From an uncultured Bacillota bacterium (lineage in GTDB: Bacteria > Bacillota_I > Bacilli_A > RFN20 > CAG-826): 64,000 nt of DNA. Positions 36,505 through 46,713 of the stretch are shown here, piece by piece; positions within the stretch are counted from its first letter, which is position 1; each line of letters opens with the position of its first letter. The position numbers were made by a program, and so were the translations under genes. Location of the stretch: NCBI GenBank assembly GCA_949287245.1, contig CASEFL010000004.1, forward strand, positions 41,499 through 105,498, written 5' to 3'. Under the pieces are notes generated by a model. The model made no database searches. It was given only the letters and a program-made list of their open reading frames with translations, and was not told where the DNA came from.

Positions 36505-37845
36505 TTAGAAGAGATTTTTCGCTAGTAGCAAGGACCGTAAGCGATCACTTTCTGCAAAATTTTTCTCGTTTCTAGCTCTATCATACTCCTCATAAAGCGC
36601 CTTGTCCTCAGCAGTTAATGTAGGAAGAGTAACTTTAATCCCTAAAAGATCTAAATCACCAAGAAAAATACCCAAAGCATCTTCTAAAGAAAGGTAACTT
36701 TTTCCTAAAATCGCTTGATTTAAAGTTTTTAATTCTTCGTATAAAGAAGTTAAGGCATTGGGAGTATTTAAATCGTCTTGTAAGGCGGATAGAACAGCAT
36801 CAGAAGGTGTTCGATTTAAGGAATCCAAAGAAATATTGCGTCTTTGCAGGGATATTGCTGCTTTTTTACTAGCATTAACAATTTGATTGTACTTTTTTAA
36901 AGCCTCTTTCATGGTATCTTCTGCAAATGTGGCAGGAGCACGGTAATGCGCTGCAAGAAGCATTAAACGGAAAGGCATTCCCCCATATTCTTTCACCACA
37001 TCTTTCATTAAAACAACATTGCCAAGAGACTTGCTCATCTTCTCCCCGCGAATGTCAATAAAACCGTTATGCATCCAATATCGAGCTAAAGTATTTCCAT
37101 TATGTGCTTTGGCTTGAGCCATTTCGTTTTCATGATGAGGAAATTTCAAATCAAAGCCACCCCCATGAATATCAATCAATCCATTTTCCTCTCGGAAGAT
37201 AGAATTAATCATGACGCAGCATTCTGTATGCCATCCTGGTCTTCCTTCTCCCCAAGGAGAATTCCAGCGAATTCCTACATTTGTTTTTTTCCATAAAGCA
37301 AAATCCAAAGGATCTTCTTTTTTCTCATCTACCGCGATTCTTGCTCCCGCTTCTAGTTCTTCAATTGAATTGCCAGATAATTCTCCATAATGCGGAATCT
37401 TTCTTACTCTTAAATAAACATCCCCATCGCTAGCATAAGCCGAACCATTTAAAACTAAATCTTCAACATAGCGAATAATATCGTCCATACATTCGGTTGG
37501 TCGTGGAGTGTATGTAGGTTGAAGCGCACCCACTTCATCCACTAAATGACGATATTCTTTGATAATAGAATCCGATAATTCTTTCTCTGTAATTCCTAAT
37601 TCTAAGGCTCTTTGAATAATCTTATCATCAACATCGGTGTAGTTACTTACCGCGGTAACTTGATACCCCAAAGCGAGCAAAAGACGTCTTAAAACGTCAA
37701 AAGTTATAACCGGACGAAAATTTCCGACATGGGGATCGTTATAAACAGTCGGACCACAAAAATATAAAGAAACAACTCCTGGCACTAAAGAATGAAAGTC
37801 TTCGACTTTTTTTGTTAATGAATTATAAATTCGTAGCATCAACAC
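36505..37845 (-). CDS. cysS: Cysteinyl-tRNA synthetase
   Basis: CGPTVY, HVGN, GRPGWHTEC, FPHHENE, KMSKS. Confidence 0.98.
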   Translation of the reverse strand: MLMLRIYNSLTKKVEDFHSLVPGVVSLYFCGPTVYNDPHVGNFRPVITFDVLRRLLLALGYQVTAVSNYTDVDDKIIQRALELGITEKELSDSIIKEYRHLVDEVGALQPTYTPRPTECMDDIIRYVEDLVLNGSAYASDGDVYLRVRKIPHYGELSGNSIEELEAGARIAVDEKKEDPLDFALWKKTNVGIRWNSPWGEGRPGWHTECCVMINSIFREENGLIDIHGGGFDLKFPHHENEMAQAKAHNGNTLARYWMHNGFIDIRGEKMSKSLGNVVLMKDVVKEYGGMPFRLMLLAAHYRAPATFAEDTMKEALKKYNQIVNASKKAAISLQRRNISLDSLNRTPSDAVLSALQDDLNTPNALTSLYEELKTLNQAILGKSYLSLEDALGIFLGDLDLLGIKVTLPTLTAEDKALYEEYDRARNEKNFAESDRLRSLLLAKNLF

Positions 37846-38743
37846 TCTCCTCGCTTTCTTTTAACGTTTCTCTTCCATATAAAACATCAATTCCTAAATA
37901 AAAGAAAGAACATGAACCTGAGAGAATTCCCCCAAATCCACAGGCAATCATCCAAAAGAAAATATGTAAGGAAGAACCACTAGACGAACTAAAACGTACA
38001 ACCCCTATCATTAAAACAACAAAACAATACGCAAGCTCCGCTCCTAAAGCGATAAGAGTAGCTTTTCCGCTTTTCTCCTCTTGCCCCTTTCCAAAAGCCA
38101 CATATAAACCAAAAAAGAAAAGAAGAAGAGACGCAATCATTCCCAGTAAAGTAAAAATTGTTTCTAAACCTTCGATGCCTTGAAGGGCGTAACAAACAGA
38201 AGTTCCCGCACCAAATAGAAAAACAAGAAGCAAAGAAAACAAACTAAAGAAAATTCCCCGTTCCTTCTTTTCTCCATAAAAAGGACGATTAAAAAGTTCC
38301 ATTAAGCGAAGAAAGAAAGGAGTAAGAGATAAAAGAATAACCGCACAGCCACTAAAGAAACGAGAAAGCATAACAAGCCCTTCTCCAGTTCCGTGCATTT
38401 GAAAATAAATAATTAAGGCGATCAAGGTAGAAACAATAAGAACAAAAGAAGGAAGTAAAGCAAAAATGGAAATAAACTTATTTTTCTTTGTCGGCAAATA
38501 ATCCATGACAAAATCAAGAAGCGCAAAGGGACAAATCGCTAAAGGCACCCACCAAGAAATAGTGAAATTTGTGATTGTTGAACCTTCATTTATTGTTTTC
38601 CAACCAGGCTCTGTAAGAACAATCGCGTATAAAATCGAAGCAAAAGCAAGAAGGATAGAAGCTAAAGAAGCATTTGAAAAAAGAAGTCTTCGCGAATTGG
38701 TATTTTCTTTTTCTTCTATCTTCTTCACGCTTTTAATACTCAT
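37823..38743 (-). CDS. Hypothetical polytopic membrane protein
   Basis: About 8-9 hydrophobic segments; overlaps both neighbours. Confidence 0.7.
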   Translation of the reverse strand: MSIKSVKKIEEKENTNSRRLLFSNASLASILLAFASILYAIVLTEPGWKTINEGSTITNFTISWWVPLAICPFALLDFVMDYLPTKKNKFISIFALLPSFVLIVSTLIALIIYFQMHGTGEGLVMLSRFFSGCAVILLSLTPFFLRLMELFNRPFYGEKKERGIFFSLFSLLLVFLFGAGTSVCYALQGIEGLETIFTLLGMIASLLLFFFGLYVAFGKGQEEKSGKATLIALGAELAYCFVVLMIGVVRFSSSSGSSLHIFFWMIACGFGGILSGSCSFFYLGIDVLYGRETLKESEESVDATNL

Positions 38744-39381
38744 AAAACACCTAGTAACTCATTAGGAGTCTTTATTATTTTACTTGCTCTAGCGCAAAGT
38801 GAGGAAGTATATTCTCCATATCCGTAAGAACATAAAATTAATGGCAGGTTTGCCCTTTCCGCGGTTTCTAAATCTGGTAAAGAATCCCCTACAAAAACCG
38901 CATCTTTTTTCTGAATTTTGTATTTTTTCACCAAAGAAGAGATGAACCAAGGATCCGGTTTTGGAGGATAGCCATCAACATATCCTTGTACATCAAGAAA
39001 AAGATTAGGAAGGTGACGCGCGATTAATTCTTTGGCAAAAGCATCAGGCTTATTGGTTACAACAAATAAAGAACATCCTTGATTTTTTAGCACTTCTAAT
39101 GTTTCCTTCATTCCTTTATAAGGGTAGGTATTCCTTCCTTGGTAAGAATGATAAAGAGGATAATATGCTTTTAAAAAGGAAGAGAAATATTGTTCATCAT
39201 ACTCTTTTAATGCTTTATGCGCGAGAACTTCTGCCCCTCTCCCAATAAAAGTTTTTACCTCATTCAGTTCATAACAAAGAGGAAGAGAAAGTTCTTTTAA
39301 GGCATCATTTACAGCATCTTTAATATCAGGAAGGGTGTCCATTAAGGTGCCGTCTAAATCAAAAAAGAAAGTTTTATTCAT
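38740..39381 (-). CDS. HAD-superfamily hydrolase (phosphoglycolate phosphatase-like)
   Basis: FDLDGTLMDT, VVTNK, KPDP, VGDS...D. Confidence 0.92.
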   Translation of the reverse strand: MNKTFFFDLDGTLMDTLPDIKDAVNDALKELSLPLCYELNEVKTFIGRGAEVLAHKALKEYDEQYFSSFLKAYYPLYHSYQGRNTYPYKGMKETLEVLKNQGCSLFVVTNKPDAFAKELIARHLPNLFLDVQGYVDGYPPKPDPWFISSLVKKYKIQKKDAVFVGDSLPDLETAERANLPLILCSYGYGEYTSSLCARASKIIKTPNELLGVL

Positions 39382-39417
39382 GGAAAAATCTTAAAAAGAA
39401 TTTAGAAAGAAAACAAT

Positions 39418-39440
39418 AAAAAACGGCAGGAAATCTGCCG
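39418..39440 (-). terminator. Intrinsic terminator after hydA
   Basis: CGGCAG-ATTTC-CTGCCG followed by six T. Confidence 0.8.
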
Positions 39441-39446
39441 CTTCTC

Positions 39447-41246
39447 TTATTCTTTAGAAGGATAACGATCTCGGTGATTGTTATAAGAGGTATGGAGCAA
39501 CTTCTCGGCCTTTTCTCCTCCTACCTCGCCAAGATAATTTTTATATAAAGCGATAACCTCAGGATTGTTATGGCTTTGACGGATAACCTTTTTCTCATCA
39601 ATAGAGTAAAGAATATTCGCCCGTTTTTCTAAATACGTATCAAGGATGTCCTTCCCTTCTTGAGGAAGTAAGGAGGGTTTTACAAATGGTTGACCTCCTC
39701 CATTTAAACAACCGCCAGGGCAACCCATAATCTCAATGAAAGCATAAGGACTTTTCCCAGCTTTAATTTCCTCAAGTAAAGGCTTTGCGTTAATCGCACC
39801 TGAAGCAACCGCCACTTTAATTACTTGATCACCAATTACAATTTCCGCTTCCTTAATGCCTTTAAACCCGCGAACTTCCGTAAAATCCACCTTTTTATAT
39901 TCTTCACCAGTTAAAGTGTGATAAGCCGTTCTTAAAGCCGCTTCCATTACACCACCAGTAACACCAAAAATCACTCCAGCACCTGAACTTTCTCCCATCA
40001 GAGAATCAAAAGATTCTTCTTTTAATTCGTCATAAAGAATACCAGAACGTTTAATAAGAAGAGCAAGTTCTCTTGTCGTTAAAACAGCATCAACATCATG
40101 ATAACTTGTGGCCCTATTTTCTTCCCGTTTTGCCTCATATTTTTTTGCTGTACAAGGCATAATGGAAACAACAAAAATATCTTTCGGATCAAGATTCTCC
40201 TTGGAAGCAAAATAACTTTTTGTTAAAGCCCCTTGCATCTCATGAGGAGATTTGCATGTAGATAAATGCGGAATGAGTTCAGGATAGAAATATTCTAAAT
40301 AGTTGACCCATCCGGGTGAACATGACGTAATTTGCGGCAAAACCCCGCTCTTTTTACGGATTCTTTCTAAAAGCTCATGACTTTCTTCTAAGATAGTAAC
40401 ATCAGCTCCAAAGTTGACATCAAAGACTTTCTTAAAACCTAAACGGTGAAGGGCGGCAACCATCTTTCCTTCTCCGTTTTCTTCCCCAATTTTATGGCCA
40501 AATTCTTCACTAATCGCGGCACGTACTGCGGGAGCAACTTGACAGACTACGTATTTTCCTTGAGCAAAAGCCTCATCAACAAGATCAATTTCGCGTTTCT
40601 CGCTTAAAGCACCAGTTGGGCAAACATTAACGCATTGTCCACACTGTAAACAAGGAACTTCACTAAAAGAACGATTGCCAATTGGGGCAACAATTGTTTT
40701 AAACCCTCGATTTTCAAACCCTAAAATGCCAATGCCGGTTGCTTCTTTGCAACGTTCAATACATCTACCACATAAGATGCATTTACTTGTGTCACGAATC
40801 AATCCTGGAGCAATTTCATCTAAAGTTGTAGAAGTCTTCTCTCCTAAATACTTTCCCGTTTCTGCGCCAGTTAAATTCGCAACATCAAGAAGTTCACACT
40901 TCCCGTTTTTCGCACACGTTTGACAGTCTTTCGAATGATTGGACAAAAGAAGTTCCACGGCAGTTTTTCTTGCGCGAGTTGCTAAAGGAGAAGAAATTAA
41001 AATTTCAAATCCTTTCGCGGCAGGAACTTCTTTAACAGGATAAACACAAGAAGCAAATAAACGTGAACCACGGGGATTTTTAATTTCTACAAGGCAAACT
41101 CGACAAGAAGCTAATGAATTATGACCATGATTCCAATAGCAAAGCGTAGGAATACGATAACCACATTCTCTTGCAGCTTCTAAGACGGTTAGGGAGTCAT
41201 CTACTTCGTAAAGATGACCTTCAATCTTAATTTCGATGTTTGGCAT
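39447..41246 (-). CDS. hydA: [FeFe]-hydrogenase catalytic subunit, group A3-type
   Basis: H-cluster motifs TSCSPGW, MPCTAKKYE, EIMGCPGGCLNGGGQP; N-terminal [2Fe-2S], His-ligated [4Fe-4S] (HSKDCQTC) and 2x[4Fe-4S]. Confidence 0.95.
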   Translation of the reverse strand: MPNIEIKIEGHLYEVDDSLTVLEAARECGYRIPTLCYWNHGHNSLASCRVCLVEIKNPRGSRLFASCVYPVKEVPAAKGFEILISSPLATRARKTAVELLLSNHSKDCQTCAKNGKCELLDVANLTGAETGKYLGEKTSTTLDEIAPGLIRDTSKCILCGRCIERCKEATGIGILGFENRGFKTIVAPIGNRSFSEVPCLQCGQCVNVCPTGALSEKREIDLVDEAFAQGKYVVCQVAPAVRAAISEEFGHKIGEENGEGKMVAALHRLGFKKVFDVNFGADVTILEESHELLERIRKKSGVLPQITSCSPGWVNYLEYFYPELIPHLSTCKSPHEMQGALTKSYFASKENLDPKDIFVVSIMPCTAKKYEAKREENRATSYHDVDAVLTTRELALLIKRSGILYDELKEESFDSLMGESSGAGVIFGVTGGVMEAALRTAYHTLTGEEYKKVDFTEVRGFKGIKEAEIVIGDQVIKVAVASGAINAKPLLEEIKAGKSPYAFIEIMGCPGGCLNGGGQPFVKPSLLPQEGKDILDTYLEKRANILYSIDEKKVIRQSHNNPEVIALYKNYLGEVGGEKAEKLLHTSYNNHRDRYPSKE

Positions 41247-41257
41247 AATTTGCTCCT

Positions 41258-43141
41258 TTATTCTTTTCGAATCGCCTTAAAGCGGCAAGAACTTAAACAG
41301 ACACCGCACTTAATGCACTTATTTTGATCAATATGGTAGGGTTCTTTGCCAGGAACACCCGTAATGGCCCCAACAGGACAATTTCGTGCACATAAAGAAC
41401 ACTTTTTACAAAGTTCAGGATTAATCACAATGTGAATTAACTTCTTACAGACGTGTGCAGGACATTCTTTCCTTACAACATGGGCCTCATATTCTTCTGG
41501 GAATTTCTCAATTGTAGAAAGAATAGGATTTGCGGCGGTTTGTCCAAGAGCACATAAGGAGCCTTGATGAATCACACCGGCAAGTTCTTTCATTTCTTTT
41601 AATGTTTCTAAACTTCCTTTTCCTTCTGTAATCGTGGTAAGCATTTCATATAAGCGCTTCGTTCCAATACGGCAAGGAGTGCATTTCCCACAAGATTCGG
41701 AACAAATAAAGTCCATATAAAATCTTGCTACATCCACCATACAGTTATCTTCATCCATGACGATTGCGCCACCACTCCCCATCATCGAACCTTTGGCGAC
41801 TAAAGTGTCATAATCAATTGGGGTATCTAAATCTTCTTCTGTTAAACAACCACCACTAGGACCGCCCGTTTGAATGGCTTTAAACTTTTTACCACCGGGA
41901 ATACCGCCACCAATATCATAAATAAGTTCGCGAAGGGTCGTGCCCATAGGAACTTCCACTAAACCAACGTTATTGACTTTGCCTCCTAAAGCAAAAACTT
42001 TTGTTCCTTTTGAACCTTCTGTTCCTACTTTTGCATACTCTTCTGCCCCAATACGAATAATGTATGGAACTTGCGCTAAAGTCTCAACATTATTGACGCA
42101 AGTTGGTTTTCCCCATAGACCTTTAATTGCAGGGAAGGGAGGACGAGGACGAGGCATACCCCGTTTTCCTTCGATACTATTAAGTAGAGCCGTTTCTTCT
42201 CCGCAGACAAAAGCACCAGCACCTTCACGAATATAGGCTCGAAAAGAGAAATCAGTTCCCAGAATATGATCTCCTAATAAACCAACTTTCTCCATATCAC
42301 GGATAGCGGTTTTTAAGCGTTCAACAGCAACAGGATATTCCGCACGGACATAAAAATAGCCTTCATGAGCACCAAAAGCATAACCAGCAATCATCATACC
42401 TTCGATAACTTCAAAAGGATTCCCTTCAAGAATAGACCGGTCCATGAAAGCACCAGGATCGCCTTCATCCCCATTACAAACAATGTATTTAGTATCGCTT
42501 TCTACATTTGCCGCGAATTGCCATTTTCTTCCTGTTGGGAAGCCTGCACCGCCTCTTCCTCGCAAACCAGAGGCTAATACCTCATCAATAACCTCTTGAG
42601 GAGTCATGGTAAGAAGCACTTTCTTTAATGCTTTAAAACCATCATAACCTAAAGCTTCTTCTAAAAAGTCCGGATTAATTAAAGAACAACCATGCAAAGA
42701 AATTCTTTTTTGGCGCTTATAAAAATTAATGTCATCTTGTCTTTGTACGCGTTCATGAGTAACTGGATCAACATAAAGCAAACGCTCAACAATAGAACCG
42801 CCAATTAAATCCTCTTCAACAATATCAATCACGTCTTTCGCTTTCACTTTGCAATATAAAGTGTCTTCAGGATAAATCTTAACAAAAGGACCTTGGGAGC
42901 AAAAACCAAAGCAACCAACATGATTGACTGTAATGGAATTTTGTAAACCTTTCTCTTCAATTAACCGTTCAAATTCTTTTAATATGGCATCAGAATCATT
43001 TGATAAACAGCCTGTTCCTCCACAAACAAGAACCGCTCTTTTCCCGCCTTTCCCGGCAATTTTTTCTTCAAGAGATGTGGTGCATGTCTTAATGGCGAAA
43101 TCAAGCTCATCAGGAGTACGAATAGGATTCATCTTAAGCAA
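41258..43141 (-). CDS. hydB: NuoF-like FMN/NAD-binding subunit of an electron-bifurcating hydrogenase
   Basis: GLRGRGGAGFPTG, NGDEGDPGAFMDR, CESCGKCTPC...CALG; N-terminal CGGTGC; C-terminal 2x[4Fe-4S]. Confidence 0.95.
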   Translation of the reverse strand: MLKMNPIRTPDELDFAIKTCTTSLEEKIAGKGGKRAVLVCGGTGCLSNDSDAILKEFERLIEEKGLQNSITVNHVGCFGFCSQGPFVKIYPEDTLYCKVKAKDVIDIVEEDLIGGSIVERLLYVDPVTHERVQRQDDINFYKRQKRISLHGCSLINPDFLEEALGYDGFKALKKVLLTMTPQEVIDEVLASGLRGRGGAGFPTGRKWQFAANVESDTKYIVCNGDEGDPGAFMDRSILEGNPFEVIEGMMIAGYAFGAHEGYFYVRAEYPVAVERLKTAIRDMEKVGLLGDHILGTDFSFRAYIREGAGAFVCGEETALLNSIEGKRGMPRPRPPFPAIKGLWGKPTCVNNVETLAQVPYIIRIGAEEYAKVGTEGSKGTKVFALGGKVNNVGLVEVPMGTTLRELIYDIGGGIPGGKKFKAIQTGGPSGGCLTEEDLDTPIDYDTLVAKGSMMGSGGAIVMDEDNCMVDVARFYMDFICSESCGKCTPCRIGTKRLYEMLTTITEGKGSLETLKEMKELAGVIHQGSLCALGQTAANPILSTIEKFPEEYEAHVVRKECPAHVCKKLIHIVINPELCKKCSLCARNCPVGAITGVPGKEPYHIDQNKCIKCGVCLSSCRFKAIRKE

Positions 43142-43619
43142 CCTCCTCTAATTTACGATATTCTGCAACAAGTGCAGGAACTTTATCTGGCATAACCATG
43201 GGATAAACTTTCCCATTAATCGAAACAGCAGGTGCTAAAGCACAAGCACCAATGCAACGAAGCGCTTCAATGGTAAATAAACCATCCGCACTAGTCTCCC
43301 CTGCCTTAATGCCTAGAACTTCCTCAAACTTATCAATGACCGCTTGGCTATTTTTTACATAACAAGCCGTTCCTAAGCAAACACCAATCACATATTTTCC
43401 TTTGGGATTTAAAGAGAAAAAGTTATAAAAAGTAACTACTCCATAAACATCACTAACGCAAATCCCTAACTCATTAGCGACTAACTCTTGCACATCAAAA
43501 GGGATATAACCAAACTCTCTTTGAATTTCTTCTAAAACAACCATCAATGGAGAAGGTTCCTTTTTATGAGCTTGACAGATAGCAAGGATCTTTTCCTTCG
43601 CTTCTTTACGAATCGGCAT
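43134..43619 (-). CDS. hydC: NuoE-like [2Fe-2S] subunit (preferred start 43619)
   Basis: VCLGTAC...CIGACALAP; GGAGG RBS before ATG 43619. Confidence 0.93.
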   Translation of the reverse strand: MPIRKEAKEKILAICQAHKKEPSPLMVVLEEIQREFGYIPFDVQELVANELGICVSDVYGVVTFYNFFSLNPKGKYVIGVCLGTACYVKNSQAVIDKFEEVLGIKAGETSADGLFTIEALRCIGACALAPAVSINGKVYPMVMPDKVPALVAEYRKLEEVA

Positions 43620-43860
43620 ATTCAATTCCTCCCAAGCTGGCGCATGGCCGTAACATTCCAATTTTATGCGCACACGCGCGTGATGCAATGAAAAGTAAGG
43701 AAAATTGGCAAAACAATACCGATATCCCGTTTTCATAAAATAACTTTCCCATCAAAATTTCGATAACAAAAAGAAAGAAATTTTATTTTATTGAACGGCT
43801 TTCAGTAGAAAAAGAAAGAAAATTAACCCTGTTTTGCGTCGATTTTTAAAATAATCAATT

Positions 43861-44249
43861 TTATTTTTCTTTTTTCCGCTCTTTTAATAAAAGAATCAAA
43901 TTTAAAAGCATTACAACAACAAGAAGACCGAGAAAGATATATCCAAAAACATTGTTAATTGTTTCTGTAGAACGAGCCCAGACAATACCGCTATAAGTAT
44001 CAAAAACAGTATCCCCTTCAATATTCCAAACACGAAAAATAGATAATTTGCTGAAAAAACCACTAAGGAAAAAAGTAACTCCGCCAAGAAACATGCCGAT
44101 GGAAATTGTTTTTTCTCGTATAGTGGAAATAAACCAAGAACGATTCTCAAAAGTTCTTTCCTTACAAGAAATAACAAAGGGAATTACAAGGAATAAACGA
44201 CAATCCAAATGTAATATAAATCCCTAAAATTCAATTTATGCTTTTCCAT
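43861..44249 (-). pseudogene. Small membrane protein gene apparently split by a 1-nt frameshift
   Basis: ATG 44249 gives MEKHKLNFRDLYYIWIVVYSL*; adding one T near 44195 gives ...IWIVVLFLVIPFVISCKE..., continuous with ORF 43861..44208. Confidence 0.5.
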
Positions 44250-44544
44250 AGCGAAAGTTATTACATCTTTTTTTCCTCAGGTATAGTTCGTTTCCTAATA
44301 ATTTTAGTCCAGCAATATTCCTTGATTTTTAATTGGTTTCAAATAACAACAAAATCCATTCTTCCTTTAGGAGGATTTATATTGGATGGATTTTTGAAAA
44401 GAAAAATAGAAACTCTAATATGCCTTTATTCGTTCAATTTAAGTGAGTATACATAATCACTTTTGCTTTTTCATTAACAGAAAAAATGGTAAATGATGAA
44501 AAACAACCTAAGAAACAAGTTCGCTGAAAAACGATTAATAAAAT

Positions 44545-46104
44545 TTACACGCTTACGACTTTTTCATAAACAAGACACAAACCTTCATAACTTAAGTCTT
44601 CTCGTAATTCAAAGTTTGCCTCTTTTAAAGCATTTATAAAAGGCTCTTGTTCATAAATAGGAGTTACCTCTGGGTGCTCATAAGGCGCGTCATTTACCAA
44701 AAGCCATGTTGCTTCTTCCTTCATATAAGAAGTTACAAGCTCCATCATCTCGGGTACAAATTCTACCGCGTGAATCGAGTGATATGCTGGATAAATAAAA
44801 TTAGGAGAAACATCAATATCAAAGTAAACTCCTGCTGGCATATCAATCGCTAAAACTGTTCCTTTTTCTTTCTCTTCTAAAGGAATAGAAGAGGAAATAT
44901 GAGAAAAAGCCTCATACACCCATACCCCACTTCGTGTTGGAGTTACATAAGAAAAGATAAGAAATCCTAAATAACAACAGAGTAAAAAAGGCGAAGTAAA
45001 AAGTGTAAAACCTTTTAAGGAAAGGCGAAGTAGTCTCTTCTCTTCCTTTAAAGAGGAAAGAGGATATACCGCAAGAAAAATATAAACAGGAAGGGCGAAA
45101 CGAAGATGACGCATAGAAACATAAGAAAGCAAACTGACTAAAGTTTGGAAAAATAAAAGAAATACGCCAATCCCTAATTGTTCCTTGCTAAAGTTCTTTC
45201 TCCGATAAAAAAGATAAATCGCAAAATAAAAGAATAAAGCAAGGGAAGTGATATAAACAAAAATGCGATCTAATTCCCAGTTATGCGTACCAAGATAAGA
45301 AAATTCTCGTAAGAAATTCCATTCGATTAACGAAGATAACTCCCCCATTCCTTGATAAATGAGAATAGGAGGCAAAACAAAAAAGAGAAGTCCAAGAAAG
45401 GCAAAACTTAAAAAAGCCATGCATTTCCCCGCTGTTTTATCGGAAATTGCATAGAAAAGGAGAAAACACAAAACCGCACCAGGAACAAAAAGAAGGTTCA
45501 CTTTTAAAAATAAGAAAAACCCAACCATCATCCCTTCCACGAATCCAACAAGGATATAACGTTTTAAGTTTCGTTTTTCTTTAAACCATAAAAACAGATA
45601 AAGACTCAGATTAGGAAGAAAAAGAAAAAGATCTTCAGGCACATTTCCTTCCATAAAGGCAAAGGCGAAAATCGCATAGATAGAAAGAAGTACCCATCGT
45701 TTTAAAATACATTCCGCAGGAACCATTTTCTCGATCACAAGATAAATGAAAAACAACCCTAAGCCGCTAAAAAGGCATTGAAAAATATACGCGCCATAAA
45801 AGGGCATAATATAAGCACATAAAGCTTCAAAGTAAAAAAGATAGGGTCCTTTAATATCATAAAAATCAACATAAGGAATCGCCCCATATTCCACCATTCT
45901 CTCCCCCATAAGAGCAAAATAAGGCCCATCATAAGAAGTTAAATTGACCTGTGGGTAAATAGGGGATAAAGCGTACGCGTTTAAGGTTACAAAAAGAAAA
46001 CCTAAAATAAGGAAAAAGAAGAAAAGAAAAAGAAGATGACCTTTGGAGTTTATAAAGGCATCTTTCACATATTTCTTAACATTATCAAGCCACATTTCTT
46101 TCAC
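44545..46104 (-). CDS. GT-C fold (ArnT/PMT-like) membrane glycosyltransferase
   Basis: YDGPYFALMG...PYVDFYDIKGP after TM1; 10 or more TM segments; C-terminal extracytoplasmic domain. Confidence 0.65.
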   Translation of the reverse strand: MKEMWLDNVKKYVKDAFINSKGHLLFLFFFFLILGFLFVTLNAYALSPIYPQVNLTSYDGPYFALMGERMVEYGAIPYVDFYDIKGPYLFYFEALCAYIMPFYGAYIFQCLFSGLGLFFIYLVIEKMVPAECILKRWVLLSIYAIFAFAFMEGNVPEDLFLFLPNLSLYLFLWFKEKRNLKRYILVGFVEGMMVGFFLFLKVNLLFVPGAVLCFLLFYAISDKTAGKCMAFLSFAFLGLLFFVLPPILIYQGMGELSSLIEWNFLREFSYLGTHNWELDRIFVYITSLALFFYFAIYLFYRRKNFSKEQLGIGVFLLFFQTLVSLLSYVSMRHLRFALPVYIFLAVYPLSSLKEEKRLLRLSLKGFTLFTSPFLLCCYLGFLIFSYVTPTRSGVWVYEAFSHISSSIPLEEKEKGTVLAIDMPAGVYFDIDVSPNFIYPAYHSIHAVEFVPEMMELVTSYMKEEATWLLVNDAPYEHPEVTPIYEQEPFINALKEANFELREDLSYEGLCLVYEKVVSV

Positions 46105-46270
46105 AATTTGGTATTAAAAAGCAGTTACTTCAAGAGTGCAATAATTATTATTTCAAGAGCAAGAAAACAAGAAACTACGATTACTTTGTATATTCCAAAA
46201 AGGCTTTCCTAAAAGGAAGAACATTCATTAACCATATAATTTTCGTTTTTAAAAAGAAGGCTTAAAAATG

Positions 46271-46300
46271 AAAAAACGCCAGCAGAACTGGCGTATTTTT
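46271..46300 (-). terminator. Intrinsic terminator after rplQ (bidirectional-looking)
   Basis: ACGCCAG-5nt-CTGGCGT flanked by A6 and a T-run. Confidence 0.85.
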
Positions 46301-46310
46301 TTAAATTTTG

Positions 46311-46712
46311 TTAGTCCACAAAACGAACTAAGACAATTTCAGCATTATCTCCGCGTCTTGGTCCAAGTTTGAAGGTTTGAGTGTAACCACCCTTTCTTTC
46401 CTTATAACGAGGTCCAAGTTCATCAAAGAGAATCTTTAAGGCACTGACTCCATCCTTATTCACGATGTTTTCACGAACAATTTTGGCCGCTTCACGCCGT
46501 GCACTAAGATCGCCCTTTTTCGCAAAAGTAATGCAACGTTCGGTTTCCGTCACAAGCTCTTTCACAACACCAGAAGGAACTTTGATCTCCCCATGAACAA
46601 TCAGTTCACTTACATGGTTACGAATCATGCTCCATTCTTTGCTTGCGGTCCAACCTGCTTTGAAACGAACACCAGCTTTACCGTGGACATTTTTTCTTCC
46701 TTGGGATGCCAT
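46311..46712 (-). CDS. rplQ: 50S ribosomal protein L17
   Basis: RYKERKGGYT...GPRRGDNAE. Confidence 0.96.
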   Translation of the reverse strand: MASQGRKNVHGKAGVRFKAGWTASKEWSMIRNHVSELIVHGEIKVPSGVVKELVTETERCITFAKKGDLSARREAAKIVRENIVNKDGVSALKILFDELGPRYKERKGGYTQTFKLGPRRGDNAEIVLVRFVD

Positions 46713-46713
46713 A

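Noticed and set aside
43737-43860. Rex operator upstream of hydCBA
   Set aside because: No adequate match to TTGTGAA-N4-TTCACAA.
44350-44400. Inverted repeat AAAATCCAT...ATGGATTTT in the AT-rich gap
   Set aside because: Short arms, no target-site duplication and no second copy; not enough for a MITE or ncRNA call.
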